64,000 nucleotides of DNA from Patescibacteria group bacterium (lineage in GTDB: Bacteria > Patescibacteriota > Minisyncoccia > Phycocordibacterales > Phycocordibacteraceae), in contig JAHJYC010000004.1 in NCBI GenBank assembly GCA_018826905.1, positions 207,988 through 271,987 of the forward strand, given 5' to 3'. This document shows, in pieces, positions 37,504 to 46,312 of the stretch. Both the position numbers and the translations under genes were made by a program. A model generated the notes under the pieces. That model saw only the letters and a program-made list of their open reading frames with translations, was not told the origin of the DNA and did not search any database. Position 1 is the stretch's first letter. The number at the start of each line of letters is the position of its first letter.

Positions 37504-39522
37504 TCACGCTTTAAGCCTCCTGAGGAACTCCGCTGCACCTATAACTGGAACTTCAAGTTCTTCTGCCGCCTTAAGCTTTGATCCTGGTTTCTCGCCTGCA
37601 AGCACAAATCCTGTCTTACGCGAGACTGCACTACTTACCGTTCCTCCTTCTTTTCTTATGAGTGCTCCTGCCTCTTCACGAGAGAACTCATCAAAACTTC
37701 CTGTTATCACCACTGAAACGCCTGAAAATACTCCGGCACGAGGGGTAACGGACACTGTTGCTATTGATAAGTGGCGCTGTAACCGCTCCACAAGCGCACG
37801 ATTCCCTTCATCACTAAACCATTCAGATACTGCTTTCATGCCGATCTCTCCGATGCCATGAATATCGCTAAATTCGTGTGGCTTTGCGTTCAGCATTTTG
37901 GATAGCGTTCCAAATTCAGCAGCGAGAAGGAAGGCCGTCTCTGTTCCTACATGCGGTATGGAGAGCCCAGCAAGTAACTTATCAAGCGGGATGCGTGTCC
38001 GTTCCTGTATTGCATCTATAAGTTTACGAGCAGAAATTTCCTTAAACCCTGGGAGGGAGAGAACCTCATCATAGGTAAGCTCAAAGAAATCATCGTACTC
38101 ACTTACAAGATCATGCTCCATAAGAAGCTTCACTGTTTTAGCGCCAAGACCATCAATATTAAGTGCGCTCTTTCCTGCAAAATGAGTAAGCTTTCTAAAT
38201 TGCTGATCAAAAGATCCAGGAACCTTGCACTTCCTTGCGGCAGATCCTGACACCCGTTCTATCTCGCCCTCTCCTCCACAGAGAGATGACCTCTTTGGGA
38301 ATACCCATTTCTTTTCTTTCCCAGTACGAAATTCAGGCAATACCTGAATAATCTCTGGAATAATGTCTCCAGCCTTCTGCAGAATAACGGTGTCTCCTAT
38401 ACGAATATCCTTCTCGGCAATAAAGTCTTCGTTATGAAGCGTAGCTCTAGCAACTGTACTTCCCGCAACTGAAACAGGGTGTAAGTGCGCCACTGGAGTT
38501 AGCACCCCTGTGCGTCCAACTTGCAGAGTTATTTCAGTAACTTTTGTTGTTACTTGTTCTGCAGGAAACTTTAGCGCTATAGCAAAGCGAGGACCCTTCC
38601 CGGTATACCCAAGAGCGTTCCTGTACTCTGCTTCGTTTACTTTAAGCACCACCCCATCAATAAGATAGTCTTCCTTCTCCCGCTTATCTCCGTGCCAAAC
38701 ATCCCAGTATGCAATTGCTTCTTCAATACTATTTGCATGGATACTTTTGGTATTAACCGGAAGTCCAAGTTCCTTAATGTAGGAAAGTGCGCCAGCTTGT
38801 GTTTCTGGCATTCCCTCACTTGCCACATCTACGTCGTATAAAAATGCTGCCAAGGGGCGAGAAGCAGCTGCCTTCACATCTATCTGTCGCAATGATCCTG
38901 CTGCAGCGTTTCGGGGATTTGCAAACAACGGTTTTCCTGTCTTTTCCTGTTCAGAATTTAGTATCGCAAAGCCTGAACGCGTCATGTACACCTCTCCCTC
39001 AACAACAAGATCTACTGAGCGACTCAGGTTCCCTGGAATGTTTTTAATCGTGCGCACGGCATGCGTTACATCCTCCCCTATCACTCCGTCCCCACGCGTT
39101 GCAGCGAGCACTAACACTCCCTTCTCATACGTAAGAACTATATGTAACCCATCAATCTTAAGTTCTACGCTATAGGTAGGACTCGGGTCCTTAATGCCCG
39201 CCCGTACCAGTCCTCTTCTAACTCGCTCATCAAATGCTTTTGCTTCCTCTTTCGTAAATGCATCATCCAAAGACCATTGCGGAACAGCGTGTGTTACTTT
39301 TTTAAGACTTGTAAGGGGCTTCCCCGCAATAGTCTGCGTGGGAGAATCTGGGACAATAAGTTCTGGATGCACACGCTCCAGCTCTGCGAGCTCATGCTTA
39401 AGAGAATCTAGCGCCTCCGGAGAAATGGAGGATGAATCATTTTCATGATATTCCGCCCTGTATGCAGTTATCGCAACGCGAAGCTTCCTTGCCCTATCTT
39501 GAATCTCCTTTGAAACTGACAT
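37504..39522 (-). CDS. ligA: NAD-dependent DNA ligase
   Basis: Adenylation KxDG motif (ELKIDGL), OB fold, Zn finger (CGG...C), HhH motifs and a C-terminal BRCT domain. Confidence 0.95.
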   Translation of the reverse strand: MSVSKEIQDRARKLRVAITAYRAEYHENDSSSISPEALDSLKHELAELERVHPELIVPDSPTQTIAGKPLTSLKKVTHAVPQWSLDDAFTKEEAKAFDERVRRGLVRAGIKDPSPTYSVELKIDGLHIVLTYEKGVLVLAATRGDGVIGEDVTHAVRTIKNIPGNLSRSVDLVVEGEVYMTRSGFAILNSEQEKTGKPLFANPRNAAAGSLRQIDVKAAASRPLAAFLYDVDVASEGMPETQAGALSYIKELGLPVNTKSIHANSIEEAIAYWDVWHGDKREKEDYLIDGVVLKVNEAEYRNALGYTGKGPRFAIALKFPAEQVTTKVTEITLQVGRTGVLTPVAHLHPVSVAGSTVARATLHNEDFIAEKDIRIGDTVILQKAGDIIPEIIQVLPEFRTGKEKKWVFPKRSSLCGGEGEIERVSGSAARKCKVPGSFDQQFRKLTHFAGKSALNIDGLGAKTVKLLMEHDLVSEYDDFFELTYDEVLSLPGFKEISARKLIDAIQERTRIPLDKLLAGLSIPHVGTETAFLLAAEFGTLSKMLNAKPHEFSDIHGIGEIGMKAVSEWFSDEGNRALVERLQRHLSIATVSVTPRAGVFSGVSVVITGSFDEFSREEAGALIRKEGGTVSSAVSRKTGFVLAGEKPGSKLKAAEELEVPVIGAAEFLRRLKA

Positions 39523-39549
39523 TCCCCCTATTTTACCGCGTTTAGTGCC

Positions 39550-40020
39550 CTAGTACACAACCTTAAGTCCGCGCTCAATGCGACGCGGGTTGGTTGTGTC
39601 ACACGTGTTATACCCGTTTGCGTATATACAGCTCGTCTTTCCATTACTACAGGTTGCTCCGCCACTTGCTTTATACACCTCAACTACAGCTGAAGTACCT
39701 CCCCCAGAACATGAAACAGAGAATGTGGCCTTTTGTACATTATTTGAAATGCTTGCTGTTACAGGGAACGAAACTCCAGTACATGAGACAGAGGAACTTG
39801 GGGAGCCATACGCAAATGCTCCCTCCTGTTGATCCCAATACAGCGCACACTCAAGCGCAGAATCTGCTGCATAAAATGCTGTTTGTGATTGTTTTGCTGT
39901 TGAAGAAAGAACCACTTGCTTGTATGCAACATCAAGAAGAGCGAGCCCTACAGACAAAAGAACTGACGTGAGAATAACGGCAATGAGTAGTGTGAATCCT
40001 TTTTGCGGTGTCTTCATCAT
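39550..40020 (-). CDS. Type IV pilin-like protein (pseudopilin/minor pilin)
   Basis: Prepilin leader plus hydrophobic helix (MMKTPQKGFTLLIAVILTSVLL). Confidence 0.6.
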   Translation of the reverse strand: MMKTPQKGFTLLIAVILTSVLLSVGLALLDVAYKQVVLSSTAKQSQTAFYAADSALECALYWDQQEGAFAYGSPSSSVSCTGVSFPVTASISNNVQKATFSVSCSGGGTSAVVEVYKASGGATCSNGKTSCIYANGYNTCDTTNPRRIERGLKVVY

Positions 40021-40541
40021 AGCCAGTTGTGTAGGGTCTCAGTAACAGTAGTAGTGTACGGCACCGTCCGTGTCATCCATGACATCGTTACCGTCACTCG
40101 CACCTCACTCACGCTAACAACAGTGAGTCGTACTCTGCGAGTAAAGGGGGTGACTGTTCCTGCACCTTGCTGATTATAAACATTCGCTGAGTTTATATAT
40201 AAAGGAGTTATCGCTGTGTTTACCGTTCCCTGTTTTGCGTCAACAACACAGTCTGCAGCTATGCAGTTACGTCCCCCAGTTCCGTCCAAGCCATATAGCC
40301 ACGAATGAGTCGCCCCTGGGTTTTGCAAGTTATACAGATAATTCCCGTCGCGAATACTACGCACATACTCAATAGCCTCTTGTGCAAGCGAGGAGGCTAT
40401 AAGCTGATCACGAGCACTTCGTGATGCGTTCAGTGATTGCTGAACAGCATAAAAGGGACCCACCAAAGCTAGAGCAATGATAGTAATCGCTACAAGCGTT
40501 TCAACAAGCGTAAATCCTTTTTGTGGGTTGGGTTTCATCAT
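40017..40541 (-). CDS. Type IV pilin-like protein (pseudopilin/minor pilin)
   Basis: MMKPNPQKGFTLVETLVAITIIAL: a class III signal peptide with the GFTLVE motif. Confidence 0.65.
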   Translation of the reverse strand: MMKPNPQKGFTLVETLVAITIIALALVGPFYAVQQSLNASRSARDQLIASSLAQEAIEYVRSIRDGNYLYNLQNPGATHSWLYGLDGTGGRNCIAADCVVDAKQGTVNTAITPLYINSANVYNQQGAGTVTPFTRRVRLTVVSVSEVRVTVTMSWMTRTVPYTTTVTETLHNWL

Positions 40542-41089
40542 ATGTCTATAAATCGCTGTGTGGCCGCTGTCTGAATCGTAAACTCCGTTGTCTTATTCGC
40601 ATCTATCCTCATTGTGCCCTTAATAACGAAAATGACCTGTGGTTGGACCGTGTCCCCTGTACCCACACCCTTCACATAAAAGGTAAGGGACTGAACGGTG
40701 ATAAGAGGATCTGTGAGAGATGTTGCACGTGCCTCGCTACATCCACCCGTACACTGACCGATGGTGCCATCACCGCGTTTGAAGTACGTAACCGTCTGCC
40801 CCTGACTGTCTACGAATGAAATGCTTGTTCCCCCGTTCACGCAGTTTGGTGACACAGAACTTCCGTTACATGCGTATGCAGTTCCTGTACGCATGTTGCG
40901 CGCCATACTCTCAACGGCAAAAGACAAGCTTGTTACGAGTTGGTTGTTTGCTCGTGCCTGCCTATCAAGACTTATAAGGGTGAGGTACGCCCCTGTTACC
41001 ACCACCATCACGAGGCTAAAGATTCCCAAAGAGACAATCATCTCCAGGAGGGTGTATCCGCGTTGTGGTTTTTTTATACTCATGGGCAT
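40538..41089 (-). CDS. Type IV pilin-like protein (pseudopilin/minor pilin)
   Basis: ...KKPQRGYTLLEMIVSLGIFSLVM prepilin motif. The start is taken at the internal ATG to avoid overlap. Confidence 0.6.
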   Translation of the reverse strand: MPMSIKKPQRGYTLLEMIVSLGIFSLVMVVVTGAYLTLISLDRQARANNQLVTSLSFAVESMARNMRTGTAYACNGSSVSPNCVNGGTSISFVDSQGQTVTYFKRGDGTIGQCTGGCSEARATSLTDPLITVQSLTFYVKGVGTGDTVQPQVIFVIKGTMRIDANKTTEFTIQTAATQRFIDI

Positions 41090-41760
41090 ATTCCTACAGA
41101 TACCTGACCAACCTTCGTCACACTTACACATCGCTCAGTTCCTCCATCAGGAGACGCGAGGTATATAGTAGCGTCCTCAAGAGTCATAGGCGCTCCCGAG
41201 CGCTTCCCTGTAATAATGGACTGCGTGTTGGGGCGCAGATATACAATATCTAACGAATCCAAATTCGTTCCAGAACAACGAGTTTCATTTAGTGCTTTAT
41301 CAAATCCACAAAACTTACTTATCTTGAACCCCCTATTGAAGGTTGATGTACGAACTCCTTCAGTCGGCAGTTCATACGTGCAGTTCCCTGGCCGTGCTTC
41401 TGGTCCAAAGGCAACCGTGTGTCCGGGGCATACTCCTCCCTGACTTGATCCAGGGATACCTGGGTTTGTGTCTGCGAAAAGTATATATGAGGTTAGAGAA
41501 CCGCTACTAAAGTGGACTCCGTAGCCGGCATTCTGGAAGCCGCCAAAATACCTACTGGAAAGTCCGAGAGACTGTGCTTCTCGTATTGAGAACGCGAGCG
41601 TGTAGGCAGTATCAGTAAGAATAACTGACTTATTGAAAGAAGACTGTCCGTTTATAGCGATGGCAGTAACAATAACAATAATGGCAAGCACAACGAGCAT
41701 CTCCACGAGAGTGAAGCCTTGCGGAGCTTTTTTTAGAACGTGAGTAGAAGAGGATTCCAT
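41080..41760 (-). CDS. Type IV pilin-like protein (pseudopilin/minor pilin)
   Basis: ...KKAPQGFTLVEMLVVLAIIVIV prepilin motif. The true start may be an internal GTG that would give a short leader. Confidence 0.6.
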   Translation of the reverse strand: MESSSTHVLKKAPQGFTLVEMLVVLAIIVIVTAIAINGQSSFNKSVILTDTAYTLAFSIREAQSLGLSSRYFGGFQNAGYGVHFSSGSLTSYILFADTNPGIPGSSQGGVCPGHTVAFGPEARPGNCTYELPTEGVRTSTFNRGFKISKFCGFDKALNETRCSGTNLDSLDIVYLRPNTQSIITGKRSGAPMTLEDATIYLASPDGGTERCVSVTKVGQVSVGICP

Positions 41761-42485
41761 TGCGTAAATAGTGCGAAGACGTATCCAAGTGCTAGAAATG
41801 GTACGAACGGTACTTCAATTCCCATTCTAGTTCCTTTCGGACGTGATACCAATATGCCGATGCCGATAATGGCACCAGCCCAGAAAGAAAACAGAAGGCC
41901 AGCAAGAGCCTGAGGGCCAGCCACTAATGAAAGCGCGAGCGCTACAGGACTGTCTCCAAGCCCCATTGCTCTCCCTCTAGAGAGAGCAAACAAAAGAAAG
42001 AACAGTGTAGCGATAACACCTGAAACGATAAACACTGGCCCAAGCACAGCAGGACTCCATGTAATAAATGCATACAGTACCGAAAGCAGTACCAACACAC
42101 CTGACGCGAGCGGAGGCACAATCATGTGCCGTAAGTCATACAGCACGATAAACAAGAGTACTGAAAGAATTATGAGAAGAATACCTGTCTGAAGAGTGAG
42201 TCCGAACATGCTATAGGCAAGCGCAAAAAGTACTCCCAGCGTTCCCTCTGAGATTGAGTATAGAAAAGGAACTCGTGCCTTACAGGTCCTGCAACGACCG
42301 CGTGATAGCAGCCAAGAAAACAAGGGGACCAAATCAAGAACGGTTAGTTGACGGCTACATGAATTGCACCGAGATCTTCCAGCAAAGAGTGGCTCTCCTG
42401 TATACACTCGCTCAGCAAGCACACCCACAAAGCTCGCAAGCACAGCACCAAGTGCAAAGAAGAAACAAGTGATGAGTACCTCCAT
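41733..42485 (-). CDS. pilD: Prepilin peptidase (A24 family)
   Basis: N-terminal transmembrane segment, Zn-binding CxxC...CxxC (CNSCSRQ...CRTCKA), and the catalytic Asp region (MGLGDSP). An alternative ATG lies at 42515. Confidence 0.8.
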   Translation of the reverse strand: MEVLITCFFFALGAVLASFVGVLAERVYTGEPLFAGRSRCNSCSRQLTVLDLVPLFSWLLSRGRCRTCKARVPFLYSISEGTLGVLFALAYSMFGLTLQTGILLIILSVLLFIVLYDLRHMIVPPLASGVLVLLSVLYAFITWSPAVLGPVFIVSGVIATLFFLLFALSRGRAMGLGDSPVALALSLVAGPQALAGLLFSFWAGAIIGIGILVSRPKGTRMGIEVPFVPFLALGYVFALFTQWNPLLLTF

Positions 42486-42580
42486 TCCTCTCAGTATACC
42501 GCCCCGTCCCACCATGAACGCAAAAACCCTGCCTCACATGAGGACAGGGTCTTGTGCGTTACCCGTTTAACTCCGTAGTG

Positions 42581-43033
42581 CTATGGACACGCAGTGTCAG
42601 TGTTTGCTGGGGCTGCTGAAAGCTCAGCCTTCTGTCCAGTTGAGTCCAAACACCAGTACTTAGTGTTGTCACTAATCAACTGAGAGGCAACCATGTAGGT
42701 GTCAGATGTTGATGTACAAACAATTGTTCCTGCACCGTTTGCAGTGTCAATTGCAGCGATTGCGTTTCCAATTGTTGTGTTTGCAAACAACGTATCTGCT
42801 GCTGAACAGCTCGCGCCTGCTCCTGTATTTGCCACTCCGTAGCTGTTGCTGTTCTCGCTGTAATAGAGTGCTGCCTGAGACGCAACAGAGTCAGTGTTTG
42901 CCTTAATGGCAGCATCATTTCCCTTTGAGCGTGCCGTGTTGAGTGAGGCAAGCACAACGGAAGAGAGGATACCAATAATGGCGATAACAACGAGGAGCTC
43001 GATCAAGGTGAAACCGCGCTTCATGCTAGTCAT
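42581..43033 (-). CDS. pilA: Type IV pilin (major-pilin-like)
   Basis: MTSMKRG|FTLIELLVVIAIIGILSSVVLASLNTARSKGNDAAI: canonical class III signal peptide and alpha1 helix; C-terminal Cys pair. Confidence 0.8.
   Translation of the reverse strand: MTSMKRGFTLIELLVVIAIIGILSSVVLASLNTARSKGNDAAIKANTDSVASQAALYYSENSNSYGVANTGAGASCSAADTLFANTTIGNAIAAIDTANGAGTIVCTSTSDTYMVASQLISDNTKYWCLDSTGQKAELSAAPANTDTACP
42905..43015. repeat. 111-bp perfect direct repeat, copy 1 (pilin N-terminal helix coding region)
   Basis: Identical to 43381..43491, checked by direct comparison. Confidence 0.9.
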
Positions 43034-43059
43034 AAGAGTAATCTGAGTTAGCTAATAAG

Positions 43060-43545
43060 CTACGGACACGTTGTTCCTGTAGTGAAGTCAGTAGTTCCCT
43101 TTTTACGCGCTCCTGTTGAGTCAACACAGAAGTAGGTTCCTGAGGTTGAAGGAAGTGCAGATGAGATCACGTATGCTGTTCCGCTTGAGAAACATTTTAC
43201 GTTTGCAGAACCGTTTGAAGTCTCAGCATGTGCAATTGCCTGGCGAATTGATGTATCTGCATAGAACATGCTCGTTCCTGAAGTAGGACAAGTTCCAATT
43301 GACACCGCACCTCCGTATGCATTGCTGTTGCTGTCGTAGTACAACTCTGCCTGAGTTGCAGCACTTGAGAGATCTGACTGAATGGCAGCATCATTTCCCT
43401 TTGAGCGTGCCGTGTTGAGTGAGGCAAGCACAACGGAAGAGAGGATACCAATAATGGCGATAACAACGAGGAGCTCGATCAAGGTGAAACCTTTGGTCAC
43501 GTGTCCTGAACGAATATGTCCAAGTCGTGTAGATGCGATATTCAT
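43060..43545 (-). CDS. Type IV pilin, second tandem paralog
   Basis: Its first 37 mature residues are identical to the preceding pilin; a long annotated leader (a GTG start at complement(43498..43500) would give MTKG|FTLIEL); the C-terminal domain diverges and carries a Cys pair. Confidence 0.75.
   Translation of the reverse strand: MNIASTRLGHIRSGHVTKGFTLIELLVVIAIIGILSSVVLASLNTARSKGNDAAIQSDLSSAATQAELYYDSNSNAYGGAVSIGTCPTSGTSMFYADTSIRQAIAHAETSNGSANVKCFSSGTAYVISSALPSTSGTYFCVDSTGARKKGTTDFTTGTTCP
43381..43491. repeat. 111-bp perfect direct repeat, copy 2
   Basis: Identical to 42905..43015. Confidence 0.9.
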
Positions 43546-43639
43546 AAGAATGATGATAGATAGGGCGGATTACGGGTAAGTGCCGCTCTCTGTATTGTAC
43601 GGGATACCTACCATATTAGGTATCTTCGTGTGGATAAGA

Positions 43640-44848
43640 CTACGAGATTGAACCGGCAAGGTTATAGATAGGGATAAGCACGGAGGCGAGAAGTGTTCCC
43701 ACACCAAGTCCTAAGATAACAATCATGAGTGGTTCAATAAGATCAACCAGTGTATCAACAGCAGTTGATACCTCACGTCTATAGAACTTAGCGAGAGTGG
43801 TAAGGATATTGCCTAATTCTCCTGTCTCTTCTCCCACACGCACCATAGCTGTCATAATTCCAGGAATCTCAGCGTGGCGCCCAAGCGCATCTGATATAGA
43901 AGAGCCTCCCTTCACGTCCTCACTCACCTGCTTCAAGATGAGTTCGTAGGTGCTACTCCCCACCACAGACGCAGTAATCTCCACCGCTTCAACAACAGGT
44001 ACTCCAGACACAAGCATTGTGGCGAAGTTATCTGCGATTCGTGAGAGATACAATTTCTGATACAAATCCCCAATATAAGGGAAATCCAGCTTTAACTTAT
44101 CAAAGAAAAGTCGTCCGTTCGGCGTCTGCAAGGAGCGATATGCAAAGAACGCAGCCACCGCAAGAGCAATAAGGATAAGGAATCCATACTGCACAAGTGC
44201 ATCTGATATAGAAATAACAATCTGCGTGTAAAACGGTATCTCCTGTCCTGAATCCTTCAGAATGGCACTAATACGAGGAATCACGAGCGTGAGCATGAGT
44301 CCCATCACCACAAAGAACACACCGATAACAAAGGCTGGGTAAATGAGTGCGTTCTGCGCCTTGCTCATCACCTCATAGGTACGGTCCAGGTAGTCAGCCA
44401 AGTACCCGAATGTCTCAGAGAGCTTTCCAGACTCTTCTCCTGAACGAACCATGTTTACATAAAATCCTGTGAAGACCTTTGGGTGCCGCGCCATCGCCTT
44501 TGAGATAGGACTTCCTCCCTGCAGGTCGTCTGCTACTTGCGTCATGATCTCGCTCAGATACTTGTTATCAACCTCAGCCGCAAGCAAACGGAAAATACGG
44601 AGCGCTGATACCTGTGCTTCAAACAGTGTTGCAATCTGCCGAGACAGAATCACAATCTCCTTGTTAGAAACGCGCTTAAAAAGCCCCAACTCAACATTAA
44701 GAATTGATTTCTTAACTGCTGGCTCTATGGAAGAAACAATAAGTCCTCTTCTTTGGAGAGTTGAGACCGCAACATCAACAGAGAGTGCCTCAACAGTACC
44801 CTGTCGTTCGTGTCCATCTTTGTCTAAGGAGTGATAGGAAAAAAGCAT
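43640..44848 (-). CDS. pilC: Type IV pilus assembly inner-membrane platform protein (GspF/PilC family)
   Basis: Two GspF repeats and three transmembrane segments. Confidence 0.9.
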   Translation of the reverse strand: MLFSYHSLDKDGHERQGTVEALSVDVAVSTLQRRGLIVSSIEPAVKKSILNVELGLFKRVSNKEIVILSRQIATLFEAQVSALRIFRLLAAEVDNKYLSEIMTQVADDLQGGSPISKAMARHPKVFTGFYVNMVRSGEESGKLSETFGYLADYLDRTYEVMSKAQNALIYPAFVIGVFFVVMGLMLTLVIPRISAILKDSGQEIPFYTQIVISISDALVQYGFLILIALAVAAFFAYRSLQTPNGRLFFDKLKLDFPYIGDLYQKLYLSRIADNFATMLVSGVPVVEAVEITASVVGSSTYELILKQVSEDVKGGSSISDALGRHAEIPGIMTAMVRVGEETGELGNILTTLAKFYRREVSTAVDTLVDLIEPLMIVILGLGVGTLLASVLIPIYNLAGSIS

Positions 44849-44851
44849 AAG

Positions 44852-45919
44852 CTAGAGATAGCGCTCAAAGGTCTTGGGGTCGTTTGCGCGCTCATACGCG
44901 TTCTCAATCGTTACTTCCCCTCGGCGAACAAGTTCTGCCAGTGAACGATCCATATCAATCATACCCTCTTGGGAAGAAGTCTGAATAACTGTTGTTATTT
45001 CATGGGTTCGTCCTTCACGAATGAGGTTTGAGATAGCGCTGTTGTTAATCAACAACTCGTACGCAGGGAGCTGTCCTCCAGAGATTCGCGGAATAAGTCG
45101 CTGAGAGAAAATACCTGCAAGAGACCCAGCGAGCTGTACGCGCACCTGGTCCTGCTGGTTTGGAGGGAACATGTCAATAATACGGTCAATAGTTTGTGCA
45201 GCATTGTTCGTGTGGAGTGTTGAAAGTACCAAGTGTCCTGTTTCTGCAGCAGTCACCGCTGAAGAAATAGTCTCTTGGTTACGCATTTCTCCCACCATGA
45301 TTACATTCACATCTTCACGGAATGCTGAGTTCAGTGCTGAGTGGAAGTCAGGAGCATCAATATGTACCTCACGCTGGTGAATAAGAGACTTCTTTTGCTC
45401 AAAGATATATTCAATAGGGTCCTCAATCGTTAGTATGTGCTCCGCTCTCGTCTCGTTAATACGATCAATGATCGTCGCGAGCGTGGTTGATTTCCCTTGC
45501 CCCACCGGTCCCACCACAAGAAAGAATCCCTGTGATCGCTGACTAAACACCTCAAGAATAGGAGGGAGTCCAAGATCCTGGAATGTACGAATCTCATGCG
45601 GGATAAGACGCATAGCAATAGTAACGGCACCCTGTACGGTATATCCGTTTACACGAAAGCGAGTCTTTGGTCCATGTGCGTATGAAAAGTCTGTCGCCTG
45701 ATCTTGTTCAAATTTCTGCCAGCGGTCTGGCGGAAGAAGGCTCTGTAGCATTGCCTTTGTCTCTTCTGGAGTAAGTGGAGGCTGCTGAAGCAAAGGAACA
45801 AGCGACCCAGAGATACGCAAAATAGGATTGTTACCTGCAGAGAGATGCAAGTCTGATGCGTCTTCGGCAACAACCGTATCAAGGAGCGTGCCCAATCGTG
45901 ATGAGAGGGCGTCGCTCAT
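44852..45919 (-). CDS. pilT: Type IV pilus retraction ATPase PilT
   Basis: Walker A (GPVGQGKST), Asp box, Walker B and His box (LVLSTLHTNNAAQTIDRI). Confidence 0.9.
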   Translation of the reverse strand: MSDALSSRLGTLLDTVVAEDASDLHLSAGNNPILRISGSLVPLLQQPPLTPEETKAMLQSLLPPDRWQKFEQDQATDFSYAHGPKTRFRVNGYTVQGAVTIAMRLIPHEIRTFQDLGLPPILEVFSQRSQGFFLVVGPVGQGKSTTLATIIDRINETRAEHILTIEDPIEYIFEQKKSLIHQREVHIDAPDFHSALNSAFREDVNVIMVGEMRNQETISSAVTAAETGHLVLSTLHTNNAAQTIDRIIDMFPPNQQDQVRVQLAGSLAGIFSQRLIPRISGGQLPAYELLINNSAISNLIREGRTHEITTVIQTSSQEGMIDMDRSLAELVRRGEVTIENAYERANDPKTFERYL

Positions 45920-46302
45920 GCTGTCTTTTCAATTATGGCAATAGTCTCTGAAAATACTTCAGAAGGAATGGCAGATGCCTTGATGATGTACCCAGAGGCA
46001 CCGAGTTCCTTGGCGCGAGTAATATCTGATTCCTGACCCTGATTTGAGAGCACAATAAGTTTTGATGTCTTTGCGAGCTGTTCGCGCTTCACTGTCTCAA
46101 GTATCTGAAACCCATCAAGTCCTGGCATTACGATATCAAGCAGTACAGCATCAGGAGCGGGGTTCTCACGGAGTGCCGCAAGTACGTCTTCTCCACCAGC
46201 GAATGCCGTTACCTCATGCCCAGCAGTTCTGAATTTCACCGCATACATATCCAAAAGAAACCGATCATCGTCTACGAGGTAAATGCGATAAGAGGTAGCC
46301 AT
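45916..46302 (-). CDS. Single-domain response regulator (CheY-like receiver; PilH-like)
   Basis: Receiver-domain motifs (YLVDDD...LLDIVMPGLDG...YIIKA); overlaps the pilT start as ATGA. Confidence 0.75.
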   Translation of the reverse strand: MATSYRIYLVDDDRFLLDMYAVKFRTAGHEVTAFAGGEDVLAALRENPAPDAVLLDIVMPGLDGFQILETVKREQLAKTSKLIVLSNQGQESDITRAKELGASGYIIKASAIPSEVFSETIAIIEKTA

Positions 46303-46312
46303 ACAGTAGAAA

